Assembly (NCBI GenBank): GCA_001643675.2
Contig: LSRY02000023.1
Location: 682,001 to 746,000 of the forward strand
From: Monocercomonoides exilis PA203
Lineage: Eukaryota > Protista > Preaxostyla
Direction of reading: 5' to 3'
Length of the DNA stretch: 64,000 nt
Both the position numbers and the translations under genes were made by a program. Shown piece after piece: positions 1 through 17,169 of this stretch (position 1 is the stretch's first letter; the number at the start of each line of letters is the position of its first letter). The notes under the pieces were generated by a model. It ran no database searches. It was not told the origin of the DNA and worked only from the letters and a program-made list of their open reading frames with translations.

Positions 1-2
1 AA

Positions 3-3806
<3,804 letters not shown>

Positions 3807-3810
3807 GAAA

Positions 3811-3948
3811 CTAGTTGTTGTGTATGCTTAGCTGGCACTCTATCGGAAGGGTGCTGGACATGACTGTTCGTATTAGATATTGCAGCCTTCGGGCTGCTTT
3901 ATCCGGACCTGGATACGACGAACAGCCTCCCAGGTACACAATAGTTAG
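3811..3948 (+). ncRNA. Putative structured RNA element immediately 3' of the copy 1 stop codon
   Basis: 14-bp outer helix 3811-3824/3935-3948 with three G.U pairs; inner stems CTGGCACTC/GGGTGCTGG, CTGTTCGT/ACGAACAG and GCAGCC-TTCG-GGCTGC; junction motifs shared with 63343-63612. Confidence 0.65.
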
Positions 3949-5219
3949 AATCCGATTGTTTTCTAGTGGTTATTGTGTTTATAATGTCCCTATAATTTAT
4001 TTGGTTATTGTCCCGCTTATATTTGTATTTATCGAGATTCATTAATAGAGAGAGTTGTGAGGGAATTCAAAGATCTTTGGGTGAGGCTTTTGGAAGAGAG
4101 AGTTGTTGAGAGTGTGAAATGTTGTTTTATCATTGTGTCTGTCTTTTTTCTTTGTTGGATTTGATCTTTTTGAGTCAAAGTGAGAGAAATATCAGAAAGG
4201 GGAGAGTGGATAAAAAACAGAGGGAAAATAGACAAGTAAGTTTTTGAACTTTTTGTATGAGTTTTCTTTTTTGTTTGGAATTGTCTTTGATACCACGAAT
4301 TTGTTGAAATAGTGCTATTTCTTCTTATATTTTTCATTGTTCAAAATTGTTGATATTTAGTTGATATTTGGTGATTGTTTTTATGATTATGCAATAGAAT
4401 TATGTTTTTTTGAATGTAATTGAATCTGATTAGAAATATTCTGATTGTTTTCTATTTTTTTAATGATTAACATCATGAAGTACTTTTTGTTTTTTATGTC
4501 ATTTTGATTGTTGAACAATTGTTATTTTTTAACGTTTTTTTTTCATTTCTCTGATATTTTTTCCATTTCAAAAAAAACTCAAATTCGAATATACTAACAT
4601 TTTTCTGCTAGAAATTATTTTTATTTCTTCCATATTGCAATGTCATATATTGAAAGCCAACAAACTCAAAAAATAATCATCATGAATTTTTTCTAACAGA
4701 TCAACAAAAAACTTTTTGATAAAAAATGATCTCAATGATCATGAAAACTTTTTTATAACGTGGAAATTTGCAGAAATCGTTAATAACCTTATAATACACT
4801 TCAGCAACATATAAATATTATCTTGATACATCAAAAAATCATTTCTGCAAATTGCAGATCAATAAAAAAATAGAAATTTGATATGGGATTTCGACAAAGA
4901 AAAAGGTTTGAAATTTTGTTTTGATTCTTTATTTTCGTTTTTTGCACGACTTGCTAATGATTCTATTATATATTTTGAATATTTCTTTCTATTTTCTCAC
5001 TCGACATTTTTTTCGCTCTTCCCCAATTGAAGCCGGAATTTGATTCTGCTGTTTCACGTTTCTAAATGTGTTGAAACAGGTTTAACGTTTTTCGTCCTAA
5101 AAGGCATTTTATTTAAAATTAACTTTATTATATATTTTTTGAAATCTTTTATCTTCTGCTCTTTTTGTAATGCTTGGAAAGAAGGGAAGTTTTTTTATTT
5201 CACATCTCTTTTCACTTGA

Positions 5220-8200
5220 AGAATGCGCCTTGCTGCTCGGCGTTTGAGTGGCAAAGAAATGAGAAGAAACAGCGGAATGCGAAAAACAGAGGAAATTCTC
5301 TCTGAATCTGAATCTGAATGCGAGAATGGTGATGGGAATGAGGATGAGAAAGGTAGCAGACTTCATTTGCATCATGAAATGCTTGAATTAATATTCGTCT
5401 TTTCGGAGAGCTGTTTATTGTTAATGCTATGCCAGTTATTTTATTTTATCCATTCTGACAGCGAGAAAGGCAAGAGAAGAAAGAGGGAAATAAAATAGGA
5501 ATGAAAATAACTATGGAAACAACTCACTAAATGATCTTAACAAAGCCAGTGAAGAACAGCTTACCAACACAAAGGTGGAAGAAGGAAGCTCAAATTCACT
5601 CAATCTTCTGTCTTCTTTTTTTTCTTCTGTGGCAATCAAAACAGAATCTCCTGGAAAATCAGTCAGAACAGCTGCCTCGACACACGCGCCGAATAAATTC
5701 TCGCCTCAAATCAAACTTTCGCGCAGTGCAAAAACAACAACACGCACATCGAAGTTGCTCAAAGCTGCAAATTTGCTACAGAATAATACAACTTCTGCTT
5801 CTGCTGCTTCTTCTTCCACCTCTGCATCGTCAAATGTTGGCTTTCCAACTGCATCTTTCCCGATTTCAAGTGATCAAACCAAGAATTCCTCTTCATCATC
5901 CTCTTCTTCTTCTGTTTTACTGTTGAGTGTTCCAACAACCGCACTTGGTAGTACACTCAAAAGAAGTGGAAAAAAAAAGCGCATGCTGCATTCAAGCGGC
6001 CAATCTGTATGAAAACACACACAGGCTCAAGAATTGCTCCACCAGAGTTCAAATCAGAAGTGCTGGGGCTGACAAACAAGATGGGAGGAAGTGGAAATAA
6101 CATCAATAATAATAATAATAATAGCAGCAAGAAGAAGAAGCTGTTGTGTGTGGTGATGAAGCAAGTGCCGCTGAGTATTCCACACGGAAGGCCGCCGAAG
6201 ATGCGGAGGAAGAAGATGATGACAGCGATGGGGCTGAGTCAGCAGGGGCAGAAGAGCGAAGGAGGAGCAAGTGCAAATGTGTCTGTACAGAATGCGAGGC
6301 GTTTGGAGTCAACTGCTGCGGCATTGGAGAGTAAGAGGAAGCTTGGAAACAAAAAGAAAGTGAAAAAAGATGAGAAGGGGAAAAGGAGAAAGGAGAAAGA
6401 TAAGGAAAGAATTATTTCTGTGTTTGATGAGCTTCCTCCAGATGAATAGGAGCATTGCAGGCAAAAAGGTGAAAAGCGGAGAGGATAAGCGAGCGTGAAA
6501 GGGAAAGGAAAATTGAAAAGAAAAGCATTCCGATCAAAGACAAGTCCGACGATGAGTTCGAATGATGTGCTGAGTGAGCTGCTTTCGAGAGAGCTGGAGC
6601 TGCTGCATGTGGTAGATGGCAGCATCACATTTGACTCTTCTGTGTCTGACACGAGTGAGACAAGTGGAAGAAGTGAAAGAAACACTGATGGAAATGAATA
6701 TGACGAGGAAGTTGTTGATGAGGAGGAGGAGAAGGAAGAAGAAGAAGACGTGGAGTTAGACAGGATTCTCAGTGCAAAGATATCCATGACAAGCACACGG
6801 GCAAATCGGCAGACACAGAAAATGAGCAGATTTGTTTTTGAATGTGACGCCTCATTCACATTCAACTCAGTAAAAATGAGAGATAACGGCTCAGACGAAG
6901 CAATATTTATTACAGCTAAGATGAAGGAGAGGCAGAGGAGAGAAGCAGTCTCGCAGTTGAAAAAGAACGCTCTGAAGCAGACATGAGGAAGGATCATTCC
7001 AACAATCAATCCAACCGATTTTAGACTAATGCAAATCTCGTTCAGAAAGAGGGATGCAAGGCAAAGACGCTAAAAAGAAAGATGTGGCCGAGAGGGAAAG
7101 GGAAGAACGTGCATTATTTGAAACAGAATGATGATGGGAGAGGGAGAATAAGAGGAGAAGGTGCAGCTGACACTGAAGAAGCAAAAGAAGACAGCGAAGA
7201 CAAAGACAGCGAAGATAGCGATTGTAGTGACGATAGTAATGATGTAGATAATTTCGATATAACACGATCTGCTGAAACATCAAATGCCGATGAAACAGAC
7301 AAGACAACAGAAAGAAAAGAAGACGCAGATACACTCCTTGCCCTGCACTTCCCTCTCAAGCATCGAAAGACGCTTTCATCGATATCCCAAAAGAGCAATC
7401 AGAAGAAGTCGTATGTCACTTTCTCACACACCTTAACCATCGTCTGCGGAGAGCTCAGTCCAACCCATCTGCCTCTGTCCCTCCTTTAGCCAAGCCCGCA
7501 AAGGAAAATGGAGAGAAAGAGGAAGACGAGAACGCAATTGGCTCAGACGGCAGCAGAGAAGCCCGGCAGAACCCGCACAGAAGACACAGCGACCACAGCT
7601 TGGTGGCTGTTTCTGTGTCACGAAGGTATCTTGCCTTGTCTGCCATCAGAGCAGCACTCGGCAGAGCAACGCAGACATGCTTCAGAACAGCTGCGGCGAA
7701 CGGGTTTGCTACGGCTTGTTTATTAGCGAGTTTATCTATCCAGACTGACTATACCAATGCAAATGGAGATGACGGAGGAGGAGGAGGAGGAGCGGATGAC
7801 TATGGAATTCCTTCTGTGTTTGGGAGAAAATACAGAACGAAGACATGGCTGGAGACACTGTTTGTGCGGTTGATGCAGCAGATTGGGCAAAAAGAAGTCG
7901 CTGCTTTGCTTCACTATCTCGGAGAGGCGCTGTCCCTTCTTTTCAGCCAACTTGGATCTCCTCGGCTTCTGAAGCCCATTACGATTCCGTCATCTCACGC
8001 TCGGGTAACGGGGGGGGGGGGGGGGAATATCGGAGAATGCTGCGAACTCGTTTGTTACCCTGTTGTGTGGAACGAGGCTGTTCAGCTTGGGAGGAGAAGA
8101 TACTGTGAGAGATGCACAACTGGTGGAGAACATGAGAAAGGAGATGAATGTGTGGAGAGGAGAAGGAAGGACAGCTGTTGAAGGAGGGGACGAGGCAAGA

Positions 8201-9450
8201 GGCACAGTTGAGCTGTTCTGTGAAGAGAGAAAAACATTTGGCACTGTGTCTGATGTGCAGAATAAGATCAATAGAAAGAATGATAATGGCATCTCTTTAG
8301 ATTCAATTGACAATGAAACATTAACAGTCGACACGAATATTTGCAGACCCGCTTTTGTTTGCTTCGTCTGTCTATTTCGAAGACCAACAAATTCTGCTGT
8401 CTGCCTTCAAAAATGCTATTTTTGTTCTTCCTTAAATAACAGCATGCGTCCCATCCATCGGAGAAACTCTGTTCAAACTGACAAGTCCGACATTTCAGGC
8501 TGCTCTGCTGCGCATTGAACGGACACAGAAAGAAGAGCAATATTCGATTCAGCCTTCTTCTCTAAAGTTTTCATAAGTGCTTTTTGTCAATGCGTGCTCT
8601 CTCATGCTTTTTCATCCACTCACTTCAATCGTCCGCACTCTGCCTTCTCAGCTGCTTTCAGCTCCTTTCACTTCATCTTCGTGTTCTCAATTCCTTCTCT
8701 ATTTACCTCCTGTGTCACTTCTTTTATAATTCTCAGTCCACATCATCCTTCAGTACAACACCTGCCATCATCTCATTCTCCACGCAGTCACTCAGCCCTT
8801 CTGCCGCGTCATCCAATCTCCCGCTGCTTTGTCTGCTGGCCACGCGCACTGCACTCACCGATATTGTCACCGCCACTCTTTTGCTGATGGTGAAGAAGGT
8901 CCTGTTCCACTTAATATCAGCCATTCTCGAGACAAAACTTGCCCAGAAACCTTCATTTTCAACTTCAATGTTCTTTTCTGCCTCTCTCATCCAGCGATTG
9001 GAGGTTGTTGGCACTGCATTATAACAACAAGCCACACCTTCCGCTTTTTCTTCCGTTCAGCAAACATCTGAGCCTCAGTCGACTTCATTGGTATTGAATG
9101 TTACAACAAATGCGCAAACACATGAATGGATCTTCAAACGCTGCTGTTGACGGAGCTAATACAACTTCTGTTGGCAGTGAGATGAATGCGACAGGAACAG
9201 CAAGTGGAAGAAGAGGAGAACTTCCCTGTCGGATGAAGATTGTCCAATTCTCAGCTATTTCCACTTCAGCTTCGAAAACGAACATCTCCTTCTTTTTCTT
9301 TTCTCCCAGCCATCTGGAACAATTCCTTAGAATTCGACGATGCGAAGTCAACTTTCTCGAATTTTTTCTCATTTGTTAAAGGATGCTCTTTCATCTTCAC
9401 CTGCAACTGTTCTCCTTGCTCTGCTTATTTCACAGCAACAATCTGATTCA
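5220..9450. pseudogene. Patchwork of short low-complexity (E/K/S-rich) ORF fragments, probably decayed or multi-exon host hypothetical genes
   Basis: Raised GC and coding-like composition but many overlapping ORFs of 60-260 aa; no recognisable domain. Confidence 0.3.
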
Positions 9451-9600
9451 TAGTCATCATCATCTTCTTCTTCTTTTTCTTCTTTCTCTTCTTTCTCTTC
9501 TTCTTCTTCTTCTTCTTCACACCCACCTTCTTCCTCCACACACTGCAGCTGTCTCTCTTCTGACGGCAGCACTTTTCTTCCTCATCTCCATCTGTTCAAA

Positions 9601-11400
9601 GTGGATGTGTTTTTGACTGCAGAAACACTTGCTGAGCTGATCTATCTTGTTGTGCAGACGAAGGAGATGGTGAGTACAATGGTTGGCGCAGTGAAAATGT
9701 TGATGGGGGAAGATGAGGCAGAAAATAAAGAAGGAGAAGAAGGAGAAGAAGAAGGAAAGGAGAAGAAGGAAGCTATTCAAACCAATCCATTTGATGAAAA
9801 GGCATTGCAAACAAAAGAAACAAATGAAAATAACCTTCGTTCAGAATTATCTCAAAACGATGCATCACAATCATCCTCCTCCTCCTCCTCTTCTTTTTCT
9901 TCTCTTCTCTCCCACATCTCCTTCCCTCTCTGCAGCATAGGGGTGTCTATCTCGTCTATCAGCTTCCAAATGTTCTTCACTTTCTGCACTGCCATCGAAG
10001 CACACGCCGACGCTGCCTTTTTGTGTGTTCCTTTGCTGCCAACGCTTTTGTCTAATGTTTATCTTCAGCCACTCTTCACAGGGGGAATCATAAGAGATGA
10101 GGGAGATGGAGGTGATGGAAAAGAAGAGGGAGAAGAAGAAGGAAAAGGAAAAGAAGAAGGAGAAAGAGAAAGAGGAGAAGAAAGAGAGCAAAAAACCAAC
10201 AGCATATCCTCAATCATCACAAACATCCTCTTCCGCTCTCAGTCAATGACCGAACACGAAAGTTCCCACGGGCTTCCGCTTGTACATCTCTCCCGCATCA
10301 CAGCGGGTCTGTGCAAACAGCAGATCTTGCAGCGCAGCGAGGAATCACTTTGGAACAGAAGAAGCTACACACTCTACACAACTTCGCCTTTCTCTTCGAT
10401 AAACCTGTCGCACCCTCCGCTGCTCGTGAGGAATGTGCCGTGTTCTTCGCTTGCGTCGCGGATGGCTGATCCAAGTTTGGCGTTTGTGTGGGGAAGAGAA
10501 GGAAGAGAAGGAAGAGAAAGAGGAAAAGGAGAAAAAGAAGGAAGAAGAGAAGATAATTCTTCAAGCGATGTTGTTAATAGTGTTGGCAATGCAAACATTA
10601 TTCAAACACTTCTTTCACTGACGGCTGTTCTGCATCCATTCCACACATTTGATGCGTCAGCAGAACATGTTCTGAGCAGTGGAGGGAGATATTTTAGTAA
10701 CGAGCAATCATCAACTCCTTCATCTTTCTATGCTCCTTCGTTTTCTGCTTCTTATAATTCTTCTTCTTCTTACGCTTCTTCTTCAGATCTTGCATCGTCA
10801 TCAAGCACACCGCAAATGCAATCACTGCATCCACATTCACATCATCATTCTTCATCATCACAGCATTCTCCACCACCTCCTCCTCCCCCTCCTCATCCTG
10901 AGATTTCGTCGGCAGATTGGCAGAAGGACGCGATGGAAAGGGCGTTTCTGTCAGCTGTTCAGGGCTGGTCGCCGCTGGAAGAGCTGAAGAGGAGAGAAGA
11001 GAATGCGATGCAGCTGTTCAGGATGTATGAGCAGACAAGAGAGAAGGAGAGAGGCAAAAACGGAAGAAAAGGGAAAAATGGCAGGGAAGACGGGAACAAG
11101 GGAAGTGAAAGGGCGAATGATGGAAACTGTGAAAATGTTGAATTGAAGGGGAATAATGAAGAGGGAAGCCAGAAAAGTATTTCTGAACCTCTTTTGACAT
11201 CTGCAACTGTTTCTATGAAAACTGCACAGATTTCTTCAAAAGGCAATAAAAATAATAGAAATATGAATAATTCATCCAAAAATAGCTTTTCTACTTCAAC
11301 TTCTTCTTCTTCTTCTTCTTTTTCTTCTTCACCTTCTTCTTCACCTTCTTCTTCTTCTTCTTCTTCTTATTGCATTTCTTCATTTTTTGCATCTTCATAA
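9601..11400 (+). CDS. Hypothetical low-complexity S/E/G-rich protein (probably a terminal exon)
   Basis: 599-codon open frame; no domain recognised; true start unclear. Confidence 0.5.
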   Translation: MDVFLTAETLAELIYLVVQTKEMVSTMVGAVKMLMGEDEAENKEGEEGEEEGKEKKEAIQTNPFDEKALQTKETNENNLRSELSQNDASQSSSSSSSSFSSLLSHISFPLCSIGVSISSISFQMFFTFCTAIEAHADAAFLCVPLLPTLLSNVYLQPLFTGGIIRDEGDGGDGKEEGEEEGKGKEEGERERGEEREQKTNSISSIITNILFRSQSMTEHESSHGLPLVHLSRITAGLCKQQILQRSEESLWNRRSYTLYTTSPFSSINLSHPPLLVRNVPCSSLASRMADPSLAFVWGREGREGRERGKGEKEGRREDNSSSDVVNSVGNANIIQTLLSLTAVLHPFHTFDASAEHVLSSGGRYFSNEQSSTPSSFYAPSFSASYNSSSSYASSSDLASSSSTPQMQSLHPHSHHHSSSSQHSPPPPPPPPHPEISSADWQKDAMERAFLSAVQGWSPLEELKRREENAMQLFRMYEQTREKERGKNGRKGKNGREDGNKGSERANDGNCENVELKGNNEEGSQKSISEPLLTSATVSMKTAQISSKGNKNNRNMNNSSKNSFSTSTSSSSSSFSSSPSSSPSSSSSSSYCISSFFASS

Positions 11401-11799
11401 GGGATAATAGCAAAAATTAAAAAGAATGGAATTTATGAAGAAATCAACTTATTAAAAAAGTGAAAAAAAGATGATAAGTGAATGAAGAGAATGAAGATAA
11501 AGAGAAGAAGAATTTGTTTTGTCTATAAATGATGATTGGAAATTTGAAAGAAAAAAATGAAGATATTGATAAATGTTAAAGTTAAATAGAAATGGAGAGA
11601 AGTTTGAAGAGAAGATGTCGACGAACAGTTACAGGACGCGACAACGAACAAGAAGAGTTCGTTGAATGTCTGAATCATTCAGTCCGTTTCTTCTTTTTCA
11701 TTTGCTCTTTGGAGCATTGCAACAATCATCACGGAAGGGAGTTGAGAGGCGAAGCAGAGGTAAGAATATCCACCGTTTAGTTGCTATGTTAATAAATGA

Positions 11800-13380
11800 A
11801 AGAGCATTCAGTAGCCTTTCCAGGGTTAGGCAATGAGGAGTACACAAAAGCAAGAGCAGTTGCAGTTGTGGAAGGTGGAGGGATAATTCCGTATGATTGA
11901 GCTGTTGATGTTGAGCAGATATCTGTTAACACGTTCAAAACTGTTGAGCTAGGTAAGGGAGATGGTAGTGAAGGCGGAATGTATCATGATGAAGGAGATT
12001 TCTGACATTTTTATTCCAGAAAGATAAAGAAGAACTATGCTTTTGCTAACATTAGCGAGGACTGTTATAAAAAGATGTTCGAAGATGCTTATTGATTCAT
12101 CGTCAAGCATAAGCAAAGTTGAAGCAACTTTGAGAACTGAGAGGTTGATGTGGAAGAGATTAAGGGAGTAAGCAGTGAGAGTACAAGAAGCATAAGGAAA
12201 GAGGCGAAAGTGATGAACAGGTGCGTTGGAGAGGTGAGTGGTGTTTTTGCCGGCACAAAGCAGCTTAGAGTTGAAGCAGACACGTTGGTTGGAAGGAGAA
12301 AAAGGGGAGGATTCGAAGGAACAATTGAAGTAGAGGTGGCTTAAAGGATGATGCAGCCATAGAGAAACACAACGGAAGCCAACTGATGGTGTTCAAATGA
12401 GCAAGATCAAGACTTCTGGAGATAAACCAGAATCGGATTATGGAAAGAGAGATATGGGTTTCGAAAGAGAAGGAGGAGATCCAGAAGATATTGACGAGTG
12501 TTATCGATGCAGTGGATTAATGGGCAAGCGGATGATCTGGTGGCTTTATCGACGAATATCTGTTGGGCCCAGTAGAAGAAGAAGAGAATGAGATTGTGAT
12601 CGACATCGAAGTTGAGGCCGGGACGGGAGGAGATGGCGTCGTAAAAGGAGGCTTCTGTGACGAGAGAGAGTTGGAAAAAGTGAAGTGAAAAGAGGAACTC
12701 GTTGAATAGGCTTGGATGCTGCAGCACTGGAGAAAGATGCACTTGCACGCAAAGGCGTTATTCAAGGCTCAGCGGAGAGCGAGGATGGAAATGGGGTTGG
12801 CAGATGCGACAGCTTTGTGGGAGCAGTCGAGAAAGGGGCAGTCGCTGTTTGTTGAGCAAGTGATGATGCACTGGATGAGGATGCAAATCAATGCGCGCAA
12901 CTGGTGAACACTCACGCCTCGGCAGCACAGTCTTCAGCACATCTCCTCTCCGCTTTCCCGCTTTAACTGTCCCGTTGCATGACAGCACGATGTTGGTGAT
13001 GTTTGCAAAGTCCAAAGCGAAGACTTTTCTTATGTCTGTGGCGGCCAACCTCGAGACAGTCTTTCCGGCCAGTGTGGGTGGGCTGACAACATCGAGGGCA
13101 GCGACAGTGAGCAAAGAAAACGAGACTGAGAGGGATTTGAGTTCAGAGGAAGTGGATGCAGAAACTGACACAATATACATGAAAAGGAGAGGGCGCAGTT
13201 GTTATAAGACACACGCACTTTAACCGCTTCCACAGTTGTATGTGAAAAAGGTGTTTGTGGAGTCTGCATATAAAAAGAGCAGCCTGCAAAAGCCGAGCAA
13301 CTGAGGAGGCAGTATCAGGATGAAGGATGAAAGACGAGGAATATGATGAAGGATTGAGAGAGGGGAAAAAGAAAAAGTTC
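11800..13380 (-). pseudogene. Decayed host-like coding fragment
   Basis: Coding-like S/T/L/P-rich minus-strand frames interrupted by stops and frameshifts. Confidence 0.25.
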
Positions 13381-13984
13381 AAGTGAAGATTTTCGTTCTG
13401 TGGAAGATTAAAAAGTGTCTGAATGAGAAATTCTTAAATATCATGTTGTTTCTTTTGGAATTTTTTTCAATAGCTTTGATCAATTAATTTAAATAACTAA
13501 TTTCAAGAATTATTAATTTAAATACAATTATTAACAATGAACAATAGTTTATTCGACAAATATTATGTGTTTCCATCATATTTCTCTATATGTGTTAATG
13601 AAAATTATTCGTTTTCAATAATTGTTTTAAGATCTTCATTGTCAATTTATAAATTACTTTGCATTAACATCATAAAACTAATATTTATAAAAAAAATTAT
13701 TGATTTCATATAGTTATTATTGTTATCATGTTGTATTAACGATTAGGCAGATATCTTGTTCTTTTTATTGAATTCTTTATATTTTTGAATAATTTTTTAT
13801 GTTTTTTTCAAATTTTGTAATAAAAACAATTAAAATCAAATTAAAATCAACAAATAATTAATAATAATAATATATTAAACCTTATTTTCATGAAATTTCA
13901 ACTGAAAATTCATTTATCACCCCCACCCTTAATAAAATAGTTTTTTGATCAAACTTCGTAATTTTTTATGATATCAAAAAAAAT

Positions 13985-14157
13985 CACCCAGATCTTTTCA
14001 CTAAAATTTTAAAACTTACAAATATTTTATTGAAAAGATCTGGTGTTATTATTAAATATTCAAAAATTTCTATTATTTTTTTTTTCGAAAAGTACTCTGG
14101 AGAGCCAGAAAATTTTGGTCCCGATTTATTTTTTGGGCACCGATAAATTATTGACCC
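13985..14157. repeat. Solo terminal segment of the GGG-ended foldback element family
   Basis: Matches 45961-46001 joined to 47768-47891 (CCAGATCTTTTCAC...CTCTGGAGAGCCAGAAAATTT...GACCC). Confidence 0.75.
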
Positions 14158-14299
14158 TATTCAAAACAAATTCTTTCGAACTTTTGGTTTTGATCATTGT
14201 TTTCGTAGCTATTGAAATCTTTGATATTTTTCTATGTCAGTTTTTGAGCTTCGGTCTCAATTTTTCTCGAAAAGCGATTCTTGGAATTAATTTTTTGAA

Positions 14300-15150
14300 C
14301 ACATTTTACGAGGGAAAAATCCATTTTGCCAGAAAGACAGAGTATTTTTTTCCGTGAATCAAAAAGGTCCGAAATGCATCACATTGGAAATGTAAAAAAT
14401 GAATATCGAAAAAATCTTTGTTTTTAACATCAGTTTTCAAGCACAACAAAATAAGGTTAGGAAAGATTCTGCAGTTGATTTTGTATTTCTCCATGGGTAT
14501 TACAAATAAAACTGCAAAAGATCTATTGGATTTATCACAATACAGAGTTTGTTATTTGAACAGCATTTGTCGCTTTGTGTGTTTGTATTTCTTGACCGAA
14601 CATACAATCATTTTAGGGGGATCTGGATTTTCTGTAGAAATCGATGAAGCAATTAAAAGGAGTAGAAAGTGCAAAAGAGAAAGTTCATTACAACAACAAT
14701 GGGTTTTTGGTGCCATTGAGAGGAAAATTGATGGAACAGTTCAGAAAAAATGATATTGATAGTTAAATCGAGAAAAATAAAACATATGCTTCCAATAATT
14801 CAAGCATGCATTTTTAAAAGATCAACAATTTTGAGTGATGAGTGGGCTCCCTATAAAGTTTTTCCGGATTTAGGTTTTGAACACAAAATTGTAACACACA
14901 AAAGAAACTTTAGAGATCCCATCACAGTGGCTTGTTCTAATACCGTTGAAGGAATGCGGCACCATTAGAGATCATTTTTTCCAAAATCGGGGTTTCGCCA
15001 TAAGTTTCAACAAGATTATCTGTCAACTTTCATCGTTAAAAGTGTTTTTAAAGTTGATTTTATTCAATTAGTCGAAATGATTAATCAATTAATGTGGACG
15101 AAAATTAATGAAGAAGACTTCACTGAAGAAATAACAACACATATGTGACA
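14300..15150 (+). pseudogene. Merlin/IS1595-like (ISXO2-type) transposase relic
   Basis: VEIDEA, QWVFGAIER, ILSDEW, HKIVTHK, SNTVEGM; broken by stop/frameshift. Confidence 0.85.
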
Positions 15151-16417
15151 AAATATTTGACTGCAGGCATTTTTAATGAAAAACTATGTTCTTTTTATAA
15201 GCTTTTTGTGATCAGAAAATATATTAGAAAAATGCTTCATTTCTTGATATTCGATAAAACTTTCAAAACGTAATGCTGTGATATCAACGATTCCTTTTTA
15301 TAGACAAGAAAATCTTATTTATTTTTAAAATTTGAGCAAGAAAAAAAAAAAAAAATAAGTGAAACAAATTTTCTATGCTTGCGGCATAAAAAGCTTGAAA
15401 GTCTGTATTTTCTCCCATATTGCAGATTTTTATTTCATAATTGAAAATGCAAATTCTATTCGCATCGCATATGATGGTGATAAATAATGTGCTGGCTATG
15501 ATTTTTCTCCTTCATGTTATTTCGAAATTTTTTGAATTCACATTTTCGTCCTATGCATAATTAATAAATTCAAAGTTATGTGAAAACTCAATATCAATTT
15601 CAAGACGGATATTTTTTTGTAAAATTTGTATTGTTATTATTTATTATTATTTAAATATTTCTCATTTTGATCATATTTCCATTCCTATCTTAGAAACTTC
15701 ACATGAATGAATGTCACAGCATTATCAAGTCTTATCATCCATTTTTGTAAAATTTGGTGTATGTGAAAATCAATTTGACCAAAATATGTTATTTTTACAA
15801 TAAAAAAATTAAAAAAAGAGGAATTTTCAAAAATAGGAAATTTTTGAATAATTCATAGAATAAAAAAATAACAGAAAAAAATAAATAGATGGAAAATGAA
15901 ATAGAAATTATCAAAAAAGTTATTTAGTTATTCATTAATTAAAAATCAATCACATATGTGATTATTTCCATCCTTAACAAAAAATCTGAAGAAATTCAAT
16001 CAAACGTAACGATTTACAAACATTATTTCTGATGGAATAATTGATTATCGAAATATAATAATTATCGCTAAAAAAAAAAAAAAAAAAAAAAATTAATTAC
16101 AATTGTTTCATTAAAATTAAATTGTTAAAAAAATTTCGAACAGAGGAATAAATGAAAAGTTCATTCAGAAAAAACGATAATAACAAAGATAAAACAATTG
16201 ATAATAATAAGAAAATATCAAATGGGTGATTTGAGAGAGGAAAGTTTGGAGAGTTTTTTATTAAATTTCAATTTTTCTTTTCTTTGTTTTTATTTTTTTT
16301 CTTACTTTTTATTTTAATTTTATTTTATTTTTCTTATTTATTTAAATGTAAATAAATAAATTTTTATCTATTAATTCAAAAATCAAATAAAAAAGGCTGA
16401 TCAAATTAATCAGAATT

Positions 16418-16675
16418 GAGTGATTGTTTTTGAAATCAAAACTATTTTTGAAGTGTTGATCTTTAAAAGGAATTTTGTATTAGAAGATGATAATTTTATT
16501 AGAATGAACAACACATAAAAATTGTTTTCAAAGACAGCATTTGAGATAAAACTAATCAAAATATTGTCTTTATTTGAAATTTTTACTTAAAAGCGTTGAT
16601 TTATCAACAATAAAAAAGTAGTAACGAATCGAAATATTACACTGAAAAAATTTTAACATAAAAAAATAAACACCC
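16418..16675. mobile_element. Degenerate GRGTGA-ended MITE
   Basis: Starts GAGTGATTGTTTTTGAAA and ends ...AAATAAACACCC; size and ends resemble 39461-39702. Confidence 0.4.
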
Positions 16676-17169
16676 AATAATATTCATATTGTTATTTGGC
16701 TGTTTAAAAATACTTCTCTTCACAAAAAAAAACTCAGAATTTATCTCATTAATATCATTGTTCTTCCACTTTTCATAATTCAATCTCCATCCTCACTTTT
16801 CCATTTTCCAATCCATTTCATCGTCCTTTCCACTCACTCTTCTCACTCTCAATCTTATCATCTTCATTCTTCCTTCGCACTGAGGATAGCATCTTAATTT
16901 TTCATCATTAACTCACTGCTGTATTATTTATTTCAATTTTTGATTTTGATGATAAAATAATTGTTTGTTGCATATTTAGAAGATCTCTTATTTTGTTATT
17001 GATTTAATGAAATCTTCACTTCTATATTAATTTTTCTGTTATTGATGCGTTTGATTTGTCAAAAGATGAAAAGCTTTTGTAAAAAAATGAACGAATTGAT
17101 ATGAAAAATAAGTTGCTTTTTGAAATGAACAAAATCAACAATTAATACTCAAACAAAAACTTAAACTTT

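Noticed and set aside
4369-4681. Possible TIR of copy 1 or an old MITE (GGTGATTGTTTTT ... AAAAAATAATCATC)
   Set aside because: It is too degenerate in AT-rich sequence and has no TSD.
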